Source of the DNA: Acidobacteriota bacterium
GTDB taxonomy: Bacteria > Acidobacteriota > Terriglobia > Terriglobales > Acidobacteriaceae
Assembly (NCBI GenBank): GCA_021818105.1
Contig: JAKAFB010000001.1
Location: forward strand, 65,902 to 129,901
Direction of reading: 5' to 3'
DNA: 64,000 nt
The notes below the pieces were generated by a model, which was not told the DNA's origin, made no database searches, and saw only the letters and a program-made list of their open reading frames with translations. The position numbers were made by a program, and so were the translations under genes. Below are positions 1 through 11,892 of the stretch, piece after piece; position 1 is the stretch's first letter; every line of letters starts with the position of its first letter.

Positions 1-234
1 GATTTGCGCGGTACGCCGCCGTCAGCGGTTGGCTTCTATAACAATCAGATCGCTCCTGCGGCCATTATCGGCGGCCACATAGACCTGAACCGTTCCGCAC
101 GCTGGGTCTTCCGCATTACGCCGGATGCCGTCATCACACGCTACAGCATCAACTACGGCAGCAAAATGACACAGACCGACGTGAACTTTGCCATTTCCGT
201 CGGCGTCGAATACAAGTTCAAGAAGAAGCGGTAA
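1..234 (+). CDS. 3' end of a probable outer-membrane beta-barrel-like hypothetical protein (truncated by window start)
   Basis: Open frame from window edge to TAA at 232-234; alternating beta-strand pattern ending FAISVGVEYKF. Confidence 0.45.
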   Translation, partial: DLRGTPPSAVGFYNNQIAPAAIIGGHIDLNRSARWVFRITPDAVITRYSINYGSKMTQTDVNFAISVGVEYKFKKKR

Positions 235-523
235 CTGCAGCAGCGCGTGCCGGTGCACTGACGTATTATCGGCATCGTCTTTCATCAGCCGGAGTTCCTT
301 CAGCCACACGCTGGCACAGGCTCCGGCTGTTGGCATTTCAAGCCGCCCAAGTCCATCGCAGCCCGCTCATCACAGGTGATATGTCCGTGTGGTATCCTCC
401 ACCGTTCGGTGTTGCCTGTGGGAAAGTGCCACCGGAAAAAATGCTGTACCGAATTGCGGCATCGTGGAGGCCCGATCCGCGGTTCATGATTTGCAAAGGC
501 TCAGGAGGCAAGGTCAAAAGGAC

Positions 524-1777
524 ATGAAAGACACACTCGGAGTGCTGCTCGCAGGTGGTGCCGGCGAACGTCTCTTCCCCCTTACTCGTGATCGCGCCAA
601 GCCCGCCGTTCCCTTCGGCGGGCATTACCGGATCATCGACATTACGCTCTCCAACTGCATTAACTCCGGGCTGCGCAGGGTCTACATTATGACGCAGTAC
701 AAGGCGCTTTCACTGAACCGCCACATCCGCGAAGGGTGGACCGGTGTCGTCGCCACTGAGCTGGGCGAGTTCTATGAGATGCTGCCGCCCATGCAGCGCA
801 CCGGCGCTAACTGGTACATGGGTACTGCCGATGCGGTCTACCAGAACATCTACTCCATCGGCAGCGAACAGCCGAAGCACATCATCATTCTTAGCGGCGA
901 CCACATCTACAAGATGGACTACAGCCGCATGCTCGCCTACCACAAGCAGAGCAAGGCCGAGGTTACGCTGGCCACCCTGCCTGTTCCGCCCGATGAGGTC
1001 TCGCGCTTTGGCGTGGTGGAGGTGAGCCAGTCCGGCGAGGTCATGGGCTTTCAGGAAAAGCCGGCCACCACGTCCTTCCGCTCGCCCTTCAACCCCAATT
1101 CTGTGGATGCCTCCATGGGCATATACATCTTCAATACCGATGCCCTGTTCAAGGCGCTCATCGCCGACGCTGAGGATCCCAACTCCAAACACGATTTCGG
1201 CCACAACATCCTGCCTAACCTATTGGGCAAGAGGAAAATGACGGCCTATAGCTTCGTCGATGAGAACAAGCAGCAAGCGCTTTACTGGCGCGATGTGGGC
1301 ACGCTCGACGCCTACTACGACGCCAATATGGACCTGTGCTCGGTATCGCCGACCTTCAACCTCTACGACAAAAGCTGGCCCATCCGCACCCGCGTCCGGC
1401 AGTATCCTCCGGCCAAGTTTGTCTTTGGCGAGCCCGGACGCACCGGCATGGCGATTAACTCTGTGATTGCCGCCGGCGCCATCATCTCCGGTGCTTCGGT
1501 TTCCAACTCCGTGCTGTCGCAGGACGTGCGCGTCAATTCTTATTCTGATGTGGACTCGAGCATCATCTTCTCCCATGTCAATATCGGGCGTCATTGCCGC
1601 ATCCGCCGCGCCATCATTGACCGTGACGTGCACATCCCCGAAGGCACGGTCATCGGCTATGACCCCGTGGAGGATAAGCGCCGCTATTTCGTAACGCCTT
1701 CTGGGCTGACCATAGTCACGCGCGACGCGTCGCTCTTTGAGAATCCGGTCGATCCGGACTTTCTCCCGCATTTCTAA
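524..1777 (+). CDS. glgC: Glucose-1-phosphate adenylyltransferase (ADP-glucose pyrophosphorylase)
   Basis: Motifs LAGGAGERLFPLTRDRAKPAVPFGG, GTADAV, GDHIYKMDY, DFGHNI, YWRDVGT and C-terminal left-handed beta-helix; ATG at 524 within ORF 389-1777. Confidence 0.96.
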   Translation: MKDTLGVLLAGGAGERLFPLTRDRAKPAVPFGGHYRIIDITLSNCINSGLRRVYIMTQYKALSLNRHIREGWTGVVATELGEFYEMLPPMQRTGANWYMGTADAVYQNIYSIGSEQPKHIIILSGDHIYKMDYSRMLAYHKQSKAEVTLATLPVPPDEVSRFGVVEVSQSGEVMGFQEKPATTSFRSPFNPNSVDASMGIYIFNTDALFKALIADAEDPNSKHDFGHNILPNLLGKRKMTAYSFVDENKQQALYWRDVGTLDAYYDANMDLCSVSPTFNLYDKSWPIRTRVRQYPPAKFVFGEPGRTGMAINSVIAAGAIISGASVSNSVLSQDVRVNSYSDVDSSIIFSHVNIGRHCRIRRAIIDRDVHIPEGTVIGYDPVEDKRRYFVTPSGLTIVTRDASLFENPVDPDFLPHF

Positions 1778-1911
1778 GTCACCTGCAACAACCAAAACCA
1801 CCCAGGCCGGCCGTTCTTTTCGCGAACCGCCGGCCCGGGGGGGGGGGAAGCATTCCGCCCCAAGGCAGGGTCGCGGGGCACAGAATTTCCTGCCCGTCCG
1901 CCCCTGAACCG

Positions 1912-1937
1912 GGAACAAAGCAAAGATTTTCTTCGTA
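1912..1937 (+). promoter_or_regulatory. Candidate ECF-sigma (autoregulatory) promoter GGAAC-N17-CGTA
   Basis: GGAAC at 1912-1916 and CGTA at 1934-1937, about 10 nt before the sigma ORF ATG; resembles ECF -35/-10 consensus. Confidence 0.45.
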
Positions 1938-1946
1938 TGTGCCCCT

Positions 1947-2717
1947 ATGCAATGCGTGGGTACATTAAGCTGGAGCGTGTTGGGACCGGCGGTGCCGGCC
2001 AAACCCTCGCGGCGCAGTCATCAGCTCAGCGGGGCGGGCGGTCCGCTTCCGCCGGTCAAGGGCAACTCTGCTGGCGTCCCCATTGTGGCGCCGGGGGCTC
2101 GCGCACAGCGCGAGGAGGTGAGACCGCTGGAGATCGACTGGTCCCAGGTTGTCCGTAGTTGTATGGACGGGGATTCTGCCGCGTGGGCCGAGCTGGTTCG
2201 CACGCACCATAGGCGTGTCTATGCGCTCTGCTACCGTTTCACCGGCAATGCGGCTGATGCCGAGGATCTGACCCAGGACGTTTTCCTGAAAATTTATTCA
2301 AACCTTGCCAGCTTTGATACCGCGCGCGGCAGTCTGCAGGTGTGGATTACCACCATGACCCGCAACCTGCTCGTGGATAACTTCCGCCGCACGCGCAACC
2401 AGCGCGCCACCGGCTCGCTCGACGACGGCTGGGACGAGTCTGACGAGTTGCGCCCCGTGGACCGCCTGATGGCTGGTGGGCCCTCTCCTCACGACTCCGC
2501 AGCGCAAAAGGAAATTGCCCACATGGTGCAGGGAGCGCTTGCCCGCGTCTCCGCCGAACTACGCGAGGCCGTCATTCTAAGAGATTTGCAGGATATGGAT
2601 TACAAGGAAATCGCCCAGGTGCTGGGCATCCCCGAAGGGACAGTAAAGTCCCGCATCAGCAGGGGCCGCGCGGAACTGGCGCGCCTGCTGGAACGTAATA
2701 AACGGGAGGTGATGTAA
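1947..2717 (+). CDS. ECF (sigma-70 family, RpoE-like) RNA polymerase sigma factor
   Basis: Region 2 (DAEDLTQDVFLKIY, WITTMTRNLLVD) and region 4.2 (YKEIAQVLGIPEGTVKSRISRGR); start may be a later GTG at 2118. Confidence 0.92.
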   Translation: MQCVGTLSWSVLGPAVPAKPSRRSHQLSGAGGPLPPVKGNSAGVPIVAPGARAQREEVRPLEIDWSQVVRSCMDGDSAAWAELVRTHHRRVYALCYRFTGNAADAEDLTQDVFLKIYSNLASFDTARGSLQVWITTMTRNLLVDNFRRTRNQRATGSLDDGWDESDELRPVDRLMAGGPSPHDSAAQKEIAHMVQGALARVSAELREAVILRDLQDMDYKEIAQVLGIPEGTVKSRISRGRAELARLLERNKREVM

Positions 2718-3551
2718 ATGGCAGACCGCACGCATATTCCGCATTCCCCCGCCTGCGGCCAGTGGGAAACGCTCCTGGCCGATGCGCTGGACGGGTTGCT
2801 GCGACCTGAGGACGAGGGCACTTTCTCTGCCCACATGGCGTCCTGCAAGGCGTGCACAGCCCTGTTTGAGGAAGCGCGGCGCGGGCGCGAGTGGCTGGAG
2901 TTTCTCGGCCCGGATCCTGAAGTCCCCGAGGGTCTGCTGGACAAGCTTCTTGCCAGCACCGGTCCCGGGCACGTGATGACCCCTGCACTGGCAACGGCAG
3001 GCAGCGACGTAGTGCCCATGATTCCCGCATGGCAACGCCCCGGCTTCATGGGTCGCATCCGCCGCTTTGCCGAGCCCCGGCTCATGATGACCGCGGCCAT
3101 GGCCTTCTTCTCCATCGCGCTCACCCTCAACCTGACCGGTGTCCGGCTTACTGATATGCGACTCTCCAATCTGCGGCCCAGTGTGCTGCGTTCCTACATG
3201 GAACGCCAGTTGACCGTGGCTTCCACACCCATCATCCGGTACTACGATCACCTGCGGCTCGTGTATGAAGTGGAGTCCCGCATGCGTGAACTCCGAGGCA
3301 CCTCGCAGGGTGAAGGCATGGAAGCCCAGCCGCAGAGTGACGCGCAGCCGACTCCCCCTGGGGAATCGAAAAAGAATTCAAACGGCAAGGACGGGGGCTC
3401 CAAGGTGGACCCTCCGCAGCAGTCGGGGACCCCATCCACAGATGAGTTTCCTGACTACTTTGAAGCATCCCTGAAGCTCAATGAACGGCCCGCGCATTCC
3501 GGCGGCTCCGCGATAGCAGCATGGGAAAGGAGCACAGTATGGACTGCGTAA
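2718..3551 (+). CDS. Anti-sigma factor with zf-HC2 zinc finger and a single TM helix
   Basis: HxxxCxxC (HMASCKAC), TM segment MMTAAMAFFSIALTL; abuts the sigma stop codon. Confidence 0.85.
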   Translation: MADRTHIPHSPACGQWETLLADALDGLLRPEDEGTFSAHMASCKACTALFEEARRGREWLEFLGPDPEVPEGLLDKLLASTGPGHVMTPALATAGSDVVPMIPAWQRPGFMGRIRRFAEPRLMMTAAMAFFSIALTLNLTGVRLTDMRLSNLRPSVLRSYMERQLTVASTPIIRYYDHLRLVYEVESRMRELRGTSQGEGMEAQPQSDAQPTPPGESKKNSNGKDGGSKVDPPQQSGTPSTDEFPDYFEASLKLNERPAHSGGSAIAAWERSTVWTA

Positions 3552-4345
3552 ATCACAGCGGTGTCATGGCAACGGCTTTTTGTCAGAATTGTGGCAAGGC
3601 CCTTTGCGCCAACTGCGTGCGCACCGCACCGGGCGGGCAGGTGATGTGTGAGCCCTGCCTGGTGGCCTGGCAAAACATGCAGCAGGTTTTTGTCCCGCCT
3701 GCGCCCAGCGGCCCCAATCCAGTGGCTGCCGCCATTCTGGGTCTCATTCCCGGTGTCGGTGCCATGTATAACGGCCAGTTCTTCAAGGGGCTCATTCATG
3801 TGGTGATCTTCGCCGTGCTCATCAACATGGCCTCCCACTTCGGGCTCTTTGGCATCTTCATTGCGGCGTGGGTGCTCTACCAGTCCTTTGAGGCCTACCA
3901 CACGGCGGTGGCGCGGCGTGACGGTCTCCCGCTGCCTGACCCCCTCGGCCTGAACGAGATTAGCAACTGGTTCAACCTGAGCGGTCGCACGCAGCATCCC
4001 TCCCAGCCGCCTGCTCCCGGCCAGGCTGCGGCAGGTTCTGTCCCCGGCGCGTATCCTCCGAACGCGGGACCCTATCAGGCGTCTTTCACGGAGGCTCAGC
4101 AACCATTTACGCCGCCAGACATGCCGCCCGTGCCTCCTGTGCCGCCTGTTCCGCCCGTTGCCTGGCGCCGCAAGGAGCCCATCGGAGCCATCATCCTCAT
4201 CGGCCTTGGCGTGCTCCTGTTGCTCAACCAGATGGGCTGGATGGCTGACCAGTTCTTCCGTTTCCTCTGGCCGCTGGTGTTCATCGCGCTTGGCGTCTGG
4301 TTGATCCTGCGCCGCATGCGTGACACGAAAGGAGGCGCGCAATGA
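3539..4345 (+). CDS. B-box zinc finger membrane protein with C-terminal DUF5668/LiaF-like TM domain
   Basis: CVNH...CQNCGKALCANC...CEPC; TM2-like LGLIPGVGAMYNGQFFKG; Pro-rich linker; PIGAIILIGLGVLLLL. Confidence 0.75.
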   Translation: MDCVNHSGVMATAFCQNCGKALCANCVRTAPGGQVMCEPCLVAWQNMQQVFVPPAPSGPNPVAAAILGLIPGVGAMYNGQFFKGLIHVVIFAVLINMASHFGLFGIFIAAWVLYQSFEAYHTAVARRDGLPLPDPLGLNEISNWFNLSGRTQHPSQPPAPGQAAAGSVPGAYPPNAGPYQASFTEAQQPFTPPDMPPVPPVPPVPPVAWRRKEPIGAIILIGLGVLLLLNQMGWMADQFFRFLWPLVFIALGVWLILRRMRDTKGGAQ

Positions 4346-4680
4346 ACCGCTATATCCTTATCCGCCGTCTGATGGGACCATCCATCCTGCTCCTGTTGGG
4401 CACTATCGCTCTCCTGCATGAGGCTCACCTGGTGAGTTGGAGCCTGTTTGTTCCCCTGCTTCTCATTCTTATCGGCTTGCTCAAGCTGGCTGAGCGTGCT
4501 GCCTTGGCGGCAGTGGACGACGCAGCCCAGATGGTTCCGCCTTACCAGGCATCCTATTCCGGTGCCTACTCTGGCGCGCCAAATCCTTATGCCGTGACAA
4601 CCACGCCGCAGCCCGGCTCGGCACTCTCCGCTACTCCTGCGCAGGAGCACGGTCCGGGCTCGGAGGGAGGCCAGTCATGA
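4342..4680 (+). CDS. Small DUF5668/LiaI-LiaF-like membrane protein
   Basis: Two TM helices (GPSILLLLGTIALL; LFVPLLLILIGLLKL); ATGA overlaps at both ends. Confidence 0.7.
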   Translation: MNRYILIRRLMGPSILLLLGTIALLHEAHLVSWSLFVPLLLILIGLLKLAERAALAAVDDAAQMVPPYQASYSGAYSGAPNPYAVTTTPQPGSALSATPAQEHGPGSEGGQS

Positions 4681-6281
4681 GCAGCGCACCTCCTCCGTAC
4701 ACGCCTGGCGGCACACCACCGCCCTACGATCCCCGCACCCAGTGGCGCATCTATCGCGAGCAGCAAAAGGCCGCCTGGCGTGCCCAGCGTGACGCATGGA
4801 AGGCGCAACAAAAGGCCATGAAGGCGGGCTATGCCGGCGCATACGCGCCGCGCGTTCCCTCCATTGTCGGCCCCATCATTCTGATTGTCGTCGGCATTGT
4901 CGGGCTCCTGCTCTACAGCGGCCGCCTCACTCCCGCAGCCTTCTGGTCCTGGTATGGCCGCTGGTGGCCGCTGCTGCTGATCGGCGCCGGCCTGGCCCTG
5001 CTGGCAGAGTGGGCTCTCGATCTGCGCCGTGCCACGCCGGTGCGCCGCAGTGCTGGTTTCGTCGGCATTCTGATCGTTCTTGCCATCCTCGGCTTCGCGG
5101 CTTCTGCCTGGCATCAATGGGGGCCCATGCGCGCCGAGTGGGGCGACAACAACGACAATTTCTTCAACATGCTTGGCCTTCCCCAGCGTGACTTTGACCA
5201 ACCGGTACAAAGCATTCCCGCACCACCCAAGGCCATCGTTAACATTGAGAATCCCCGCGGCGACATTAGTGTCTCCGGAGGCGACGGACCGAATATCGAT
5301 GTCCAGGCCCACGCCATTGCCTTTGCCACATCTGATGAGGCGGCAAAGAAAATCTTTGACTCTGAGGCTGCAAATGTCACCGTCAGCGGCAATACCATCC
5401 TGGTAAAGTCCGAGGGCAACAGCAGCGGTCGCGTTAATCTTACGATTACTGTGCCAAAGTCCGCGCAAGTCACCGTCGATTCTGGCCGTGGCGACGTGAT
5501 TCTGGCCAACCTGGGCGCGGGTGCCACCATCACTTCGCGCCATGGCGACGTGCGTCTCAGCGCGATTGATGGCTCCGTGCAGGCGCATTTCTCCAGTGAT
5601 CGTGGCGACTTCTCAGCCCACCAGCTCAACGGGGACCTGACAGCCGACGGCAAATTCAATGACATCACCTGCTCGGAAATCAAAGGCAAGGTCACGCTCA
5701 ACGGTGAGATGTTCGGGGACGTGCATCTTGAGAACATTGCCTCCCCCATCCATCTGCACACTTCAATCACTGAGCTGGATATTGAGGCATTGCCCGGCGA
5801 CATGACACTTGACTCCGACAACCTGCGCGTGACGCAGGTCAAGGGGCAGGTACGCGTGACCACCCGTGCCAAGGACGTGAGCCTCAATCAGATAGCGGGT
5901 GATACCTACGTGCGCAACAGCCGTGGACAAATCTCGATTGAGCCCGCAGGCGTCTTCAATATCGAGGCCAGAAACGGCAAAGGCGATGTGGAGATTACGC
6001 TTCCGCCCAACGCATCCGCCACCGTGGATGGCCGCACGCAGAATGGCGACATTGTCACCGACTTCCCGCTGACCATTACCGGCGATACCAGCAAGACAGT
6101 AAGCGGACGCATCGGTGCAGGCAAGGCAAAGATTACGCTCAGTGCCGACATAGGCGATCTCCGCATCAGCAAGGGTACAGAGAGCAACCTCGTGCCGCCC
6201 CTCCCGCCGCCTCCACCTCCGCCCAATGCGCCGCACCTCAAGGCGCCCAATGGTGCGCAACAACAACCCGTCACGCAATAG
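4677..6281 (+). CDS. DUF4097 (Toastrack) beta-strand repeat protein with N-terminal DUF5668 TM region
   Basis: Three N-terminal TM helices (SIVGPIILI, WWPLLLIGAG) followed by repeated GD(I/V/L)-type beta-solenoid units. Confidence 0.8.
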   Translation: MSSAPPPYTPGGTPPPYDPRTQWRIYREQQKAAWRAQRDAWKAQQKAMKAGYAGAYAPRVPSIVGPIILIVVGIVGLLLYSGRLTPAAFWSWYGRWWPLLLIGAGLALLAEWALDLRRATPVRRSAGFVGILIVLAILGFAASAWHQWGPMRAEWGDNNDNFFNMLGLPQRDFDQPVQSIPAPPKAIVNIENPRGDISVSGGDGPNIDVQAHAIAFATSDEAAKKIFDSEAANVTVSGNTILVKSEGNSSGRVNLTITVPKSAQVTVDSGRGDVILANLGAGATITSRHGDVRLSAIDGSVQAHFSSDRGDFSAHQLNGDLTADGKFNDITCSEIKGKVTLNGEMFGDVHLENIASPIHLHTSITELDIEALPGDMTLDSDNLRVTQVKGQVRVTTRAKDVSLNQIAGDTYVRNSRGQISIEPAGVFNIEARNGKGDVEITLPPNASATVDGRTQNGDIVTDFPLTITGDTSKTVSGRIGAGKAKITLSADIGDLRISKGTESNLVPPLPPPPPPPNAPHLKAPNGAQQQPVTQ

Positions 6282-6415
6282 TGAGCCAGCCTCGCATCAC
6301 AGCGGCCCGCAGGCGCAGAGACTTCAACCTCTGCGCCTGCTTTGCCTTGGGACACCGGCCTGAGATTCCTGCTGCTTCAACGCGCCCTTCCGTTGTATGC
6401 TCCACTCGCGGAGGC

Positions 6416-7105
6416 ATGAACGCAGGAATGCGCACGCCAATCAAGGTCATCACGGTGGAGCGGGAATATGGTTCGCGGGGCGGTGAGTTTGCTCACGACC
6501 TGGCCGCGCGGCTCGGATGGAAGCTCCTGGACTCTGAACTCGTCGCGGGCGCGGCGCGCCGGGCCGGGGTATCACCCGAACTGGCCGCAAAGTATGATGA
6601 GCGCCTCGACCCCTGGTACTACCGCTACGGCAAGGCCTTCTGGCATGACTCCGGTTACGCCCTCCCCGGCATCGGTGAAGACATGGTCTTTGATTCCGAG
6701 CGCATGTTGTCCCTCCTCCGCCAGGAGATGATGGACGCAGCCCGGGAAGGGAACTGCGTCCTCGTTGGCCGCGGCGCCGCCTGCGCTCTCGCCTGCCAGC
6801 CCGGATGCTTCCACGTCTTCGTGTATGCCACCGCCAAAGCCAAGCGCGAGTGGTTCGCCAAGGCGTTTCCTGACCAGGCGCAGCAGGCTGACCAGTTATT
6901 GGCCGCCTTTGACAAGCGTCGTGCCGCCGTCATCCGCACCTTCTATCAGCAGGACTGGTGCTCCCGCAGCCTCTACCACATGCTCCTGAATTCAGCCATG
7001 GGCATCTACGCCATGATTGCCGCCACTGCCGCCGCCGCGGGTCTTTCGCTCACCTCGCCAGACACGGTCGGGAGCCGTATCGATCCCGCCGCGGGCGCCT
7101 GCTAA
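6416..7105 (+). CDS. Cytidylate kinase-like family protein
   Basis: VITVEREYGSRGGE, CVLVGRG, FHVFVYA, YHMLLNS motifs; ATG at 6416 after GGAGG. Confidence 0.82.
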   Translation: MNAGMRTPIKVITVEREYGSRGGEFAHDLAARLGWKLLDSELVAGAARRAGVSPELAAKYDERLDPWYYRYGKAFWHDSGYALPGIGEDMVFDSERMLSLLRQEMMDAAREGNCVLVGRGAACALACQPGCFHVFVYATAKAKREWFAKAFPDQAQQADQLLAAFDKRRAAVIRTFYQQDWCSRSLYHMLLNSAMGIYAMIAATAAAAGLSLTSPDTVGSRIDPAAGAC

Positions 7106-8283
7106 ACAGCAACCCGCGGCACGCGCGCGGCAATGCGCGTGAACACTTCCCATGGAATCGTCCCCACAGCCTCCGCATGATCAAAGGCCGTGATGGCCTC
7201 ATCGCCCTGCCGACCCAGAATCACCACCTCGTCGCCCGCTTCAACGCCCGGAATGTCCGTTACGTCCACCACCGTCTGATCCATGCTCACGCGGCCGATC
7301 ATCGGCGCTCGCTCGCCCCGCACCAGCAGGCTGAACTGGTTTCCAAGCCTCCGGTCCAATCCATCGGCATAGCCCACCGGCAGCAGCGCCACGCGCATCG
7401 GTTCCGTTGCCACAAACGTCGCGTTGTAGCCCACCGCCGTGTCAGAGGGAATCGACCGCACGCTTACGACCCTGCATTTCCAGCTCAGCACCGGCCGCAG
7501 CCTCCGCCTCGCCTCCGCCAGTGTTGGTGGATCCTCGGGGTAAAAATCAGGATCAAACTTTGGCGCCAGCCCATACAGCGCAAGGCCCGGCCGCATCAGC
7601 GTCTTCATACCGTAGCGTGCCGCCAGCGCGGCTATGGCTTCTGCTTCGCCGGCCAGCAAGGCGGCTGAGTTGCCCACATTCAGCCACTCAACACGCTGCC
7701 CGGTAGCCTGAACGCGGCTCAGCGCCTCGTCTGCTCGGGCAAGCTGTTCCCGCGTCATGCGGCCGTCCGCCTCATCCGCTGCAAACAGGTGCGTCATCAC
7801 CGCCTCCAGCCTCAGCGGCGAGTTCTCCGTGAAGCGCGGCAGCAGGTTTGCCAATCCCTCTTGATCCACGCCCTGCCGGCTCATGCCCGTGTCCAATTCC
7901 AGATGCACCGGAATCGAACCGACCTCTGCGGCGCGCGCCGCGTGTTCCAGCTCGTCCATCTGCCACGGTTCCCACACAACTGCCGTGAGCCGGTGACGAA
8001 CAACGTCTTCCCCCTGCCCCGGGAAAACACCGCCGATGACCAGAATGTGCGCCTCCGGGCACAGTGCCCGCGCGGCCACGCCCTCCTCCACGCTGGTCAC
8101 GCCCAGCCAGCGCGCCCCCGCCCGCACGGCCGCCGGAGCGCACATCTCCAGCGCGTGCCCATAGGCATCCGCCTTCACAATCGCCAGCAACTCGGCCTGC
8201 TCGGCCGCAAGGCTCGATAGAAAACGAAAATTCTCTTCAAGGGTGCGGGTACTAATCTCTACCCAGCAGGGGCGCACGGTCAT
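7102..8283 (-). CDS. alr: Alanine racemase
   Basis: AIVKADAYGH (PLP Lys), HLELDTGMSRQG, GYADG, GRVSMDQ, GTIPWE. Confidence 0.96.
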   Translation of the reverse strand: MTVRPCWVEISTRTLEENFRFLSSLAAEQAELLAIVKADAYGHALEMCAPAAVRAGARWLGVTSVEEGVAARALCPEAHILVIGGVFPGQGEDVVRHRLTAVVWEPWQMDELEHAARAAEVGSIPVHLELDTGMSRQGVDQEGLANLLPRFTENSPLRLEAVMTHLFAADEADGRMTREQLARADEALSRVQATGQRVEWLNVGNSAALLAGEAEAIAALAARYGMKTLMRPGLALYGLAPKFDPDFYPEDPPTLAEARRRLRPVLSWKCRVVSVRSIPSDTAVGYNATFVATEPMRVALLPVGYADGLDRRLGNQFSLLVRGERAPMIGRVSMDQTVVDVTDIPGVEAGDEVVILGRQGDEAITAFDHAEAVGTIPWEVFTRIAARVPRVAV

Positions 8284-8337
8284 GGCGGGTTCCAAGCAAT
8301 AGTGTAGGGTATTTCGCTGCAGACCAAGCGATGGTCT

Positions 8338-9771
8338 TCAATCGCTCAGTTGCGCCAGTTGTTCCGGCGTGGGTTTCGGCGTACATGCGCTTACCAGCAC
8401 CAGCGCCGCAACCGCCGCAAACAGCGCTGGAAAAATCGCGTCACGCTGCGCAAGAATCGGCGGAAAGAGGCTCTTCACCCCAGGCACGTCCCAAGCCAGA
8501 GTCACCACCGTGCCCGCCGCTATCGCCGCTACCGCGCCCCACGCTGTCGCGCGCCTGGAGTAGAAGGCCGCCAGCACCACCGGCGTCAGCGCCGCGGAAT
8601 AAATCGTGTATGCCCACAGCATCTTCTCCAGAATGCTCTGCGCATACACGGCCTGATACAGCGCCCAGCAACCCAGCAGCACAACCACTAGCCGCGACAC
8701 AACCAGTACACGCTTGTGCGAGGCCTCCGGCGCTACGTATCGCACAAACACATCGTTGATCAGATTTGTGGCCGGCGAGAAAAGATAATTCGATGCTGTC
8801 GATATCACCTTCGCAAACACCGCTCCCAGCAGCAGAGCGCCCATCAGCGCCGGCAATCCATGGCGCGCCGTGTAGGGAATAATCTCATACGGTTGGCTCG
8901 CCACCTCTCCGTTCCGATAGAGCGCGGAACCAAACACCGCGATGGCCACAATCAACGTTTCCAGCAGCAATGTCCCCACAATCCAGCCCACCACGGAAAC
9001 GCGCGCGTCCCTCTCCGTCTTTGCGGAGAAGAACTTCTGATACATCACCTGGTTGCCTAGCATCAGCAGCATCGTTGGCACCAGGAACTCCATCGCTCGC
9101 GTGAAGGTAAGGTTGCCCAGCACCTCAAAGTGAGTGGGGGGCAGGGCAGCGTGCAATCCAGCCCATCCACCAGCCTTCAGGAACAGCATCGGCGCAGCCA
9201 GAATGCAGATGACCGTCACCAGCGAGCCGATGGCTACATCCATATAGGCCACTGAGGACATACCCGCCAGCGCCGTCGTCACAATCACAAAAACTGCGAT
9301 GATGTACGTGCCCAGTTCCGGCGTCACCGCATCCGGAAAGATAAGATGCAGCACGTTCCCGCCACCTTTGAACTGATAGCTCGTGATGCCCACGTAGGCA
9401 AAGAGAATGGCAAAGGTGCCCAGCACGCGCGCCGTCTGGTTGTAGCGCGCCTCCAGCAGGTCCGGCAAGGTGAACTGGGCAAACTTCCTCGCCCGTGGCG
9501 CAATAAAGTAGATCAGCAGCAATCCCAGCCATCCGCCCGCAGGCTGCCACAGCGCAGCAAACCCATTGCGATAGGCGTTCTCCGCTCCTGCAAAGAGCGA
9601 GCCCGCTCCAATCCACGAGGTCAGCAGCGTCAGCACCAGCACCAGCGCAGGCAGTGAGCGGCCAGCCACCAGGTAGTCTGCCTTGGTCTTTACGCGGCTA
9701 GCGCGATACAGCGACACCGCCAGCAAGACAATGACAATGATCCCCAGAACTACGGCATACAGTTGGGACAT
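8338..9771 (-). CDS. Sodium:solute symporter (SSS family)
   Basis: DYLVAGRSL, SWIGAGSL, FTLPDLLEARY; about 13 TM helices. Confidence 0.9.
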   Translation of the reverse strand: MSQLYAVVLGIIVIVLLAVSLYRASRVKTKADYLVAGRSLPALVLVLTLLTSWIGAGSLFAGAENAYRNGFAALWQPAGGWLGLLLIYFIAPRARKFAQFTLPDLLEARYNQTARVLGTFAILFAYVGITSYQFKGGGNVLHLIFPDAVTPELGTYIIAVFVIVTTALAGMSSVAYMDVAIGSLVTVICILAAPMLFLKAGGWAGLHAALPPTHFEVLGNLTFTRAMEFLVPTMLLMLGNQVMYQKFFSAKTERDARVSVVGWIVGTLLLETLIVAIAVFGSALYRNGEVASQPYEIIPYTARHGLPALMGALLLGAVFAKVISTASNYLFSPATNLINDVFVRYVAPEASHKRVLVVSRLVVVLLGCWALYQAVYAQSILEKMLWAYTIYSAALTPVVLAAFYSRRATAWGAVAAIAAGTVVTLAWDVPGVKSLFPPILAQRDAIFPALFAAVAALVLVSACTPKPTPEQLAQLSD

Positions 9772-9852
9772 CCGACGGGCTTCCTCGCAGGCGAAACAGC
9801 TCCACAGAAGTGTACCGGACATAACCCCAAACCATCGCGCCCCAGTGGATCA

Positions 9853-9881
9853 TTGACCCATTCCGGCACTGTTGTTAGACT
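9853..9881 (+). promoter_or_regulatory. Sigma-70 promoter of the tRNA (TTGACC-N17-TAGACT, extended -10 TG)
   Basis: TTGACC 9853-9858, TG at 9873-9874, TAGACT 9876-9881. Confidence 0.7.
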
Positions 9882-9886
9882 GTGAA

Positions 9887-11589
<1,703 letters not shown>

Positions 11590-11593
<4 letters not shown>

Positions 11594-11823
11594 GACCGAA
11601 TACCATCCTTGTCGGACGTTACCTCCGAAGGCCCTGTCGTCGCAAGTCGATTCTGCTTCTTGATTTCGGCCAGATATTCCCGCACCAGCGCAGGGATGAT
11701 TACGTTGTCCAGCCAGGATTTGAGGGCGGGGTCGAGCCGCTTTCCAACACTCGAAGACCGTGCGGGGCCAGGCCGCTTCTCCAGCGTAACCTCATTCGCG
11801 CTTTTAACATCCCTGGCTCCCAC
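11590..11823 (-). CDS. Small hypothetical protein coupled to the integrase (possible directionality factor)
   Basis: GTG at 11823 after GAGG; ATGA overlap with integrase start; helix LDPALKSWLDNVIIPALVREYL. Confidence 0.55.
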
Positions 11824-11892
11824 GCAAGACCTCAAGGCGCGGTTGCTGCCCGCCCGTGTGGGGACAATAAGAAGATTTCTCACGCGGAGGTT

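Noticed and set aside
4120-4165. Short tandem repeats encoding PPV/PPP runs (also about 6195-6225)
   Set aside because: Ordinary proline-rich linkers with degenerate codons.
4587-5588. Long antisense ORFs (also 14751-15881, 26584-27765, 31907-33310, 62395-63519 and many others)
   Set aside because: Each mirrors a well-supported gene on the other strand, as expected in high-GC DNA; no independent motif support, unlike the nested ORF at 22447.
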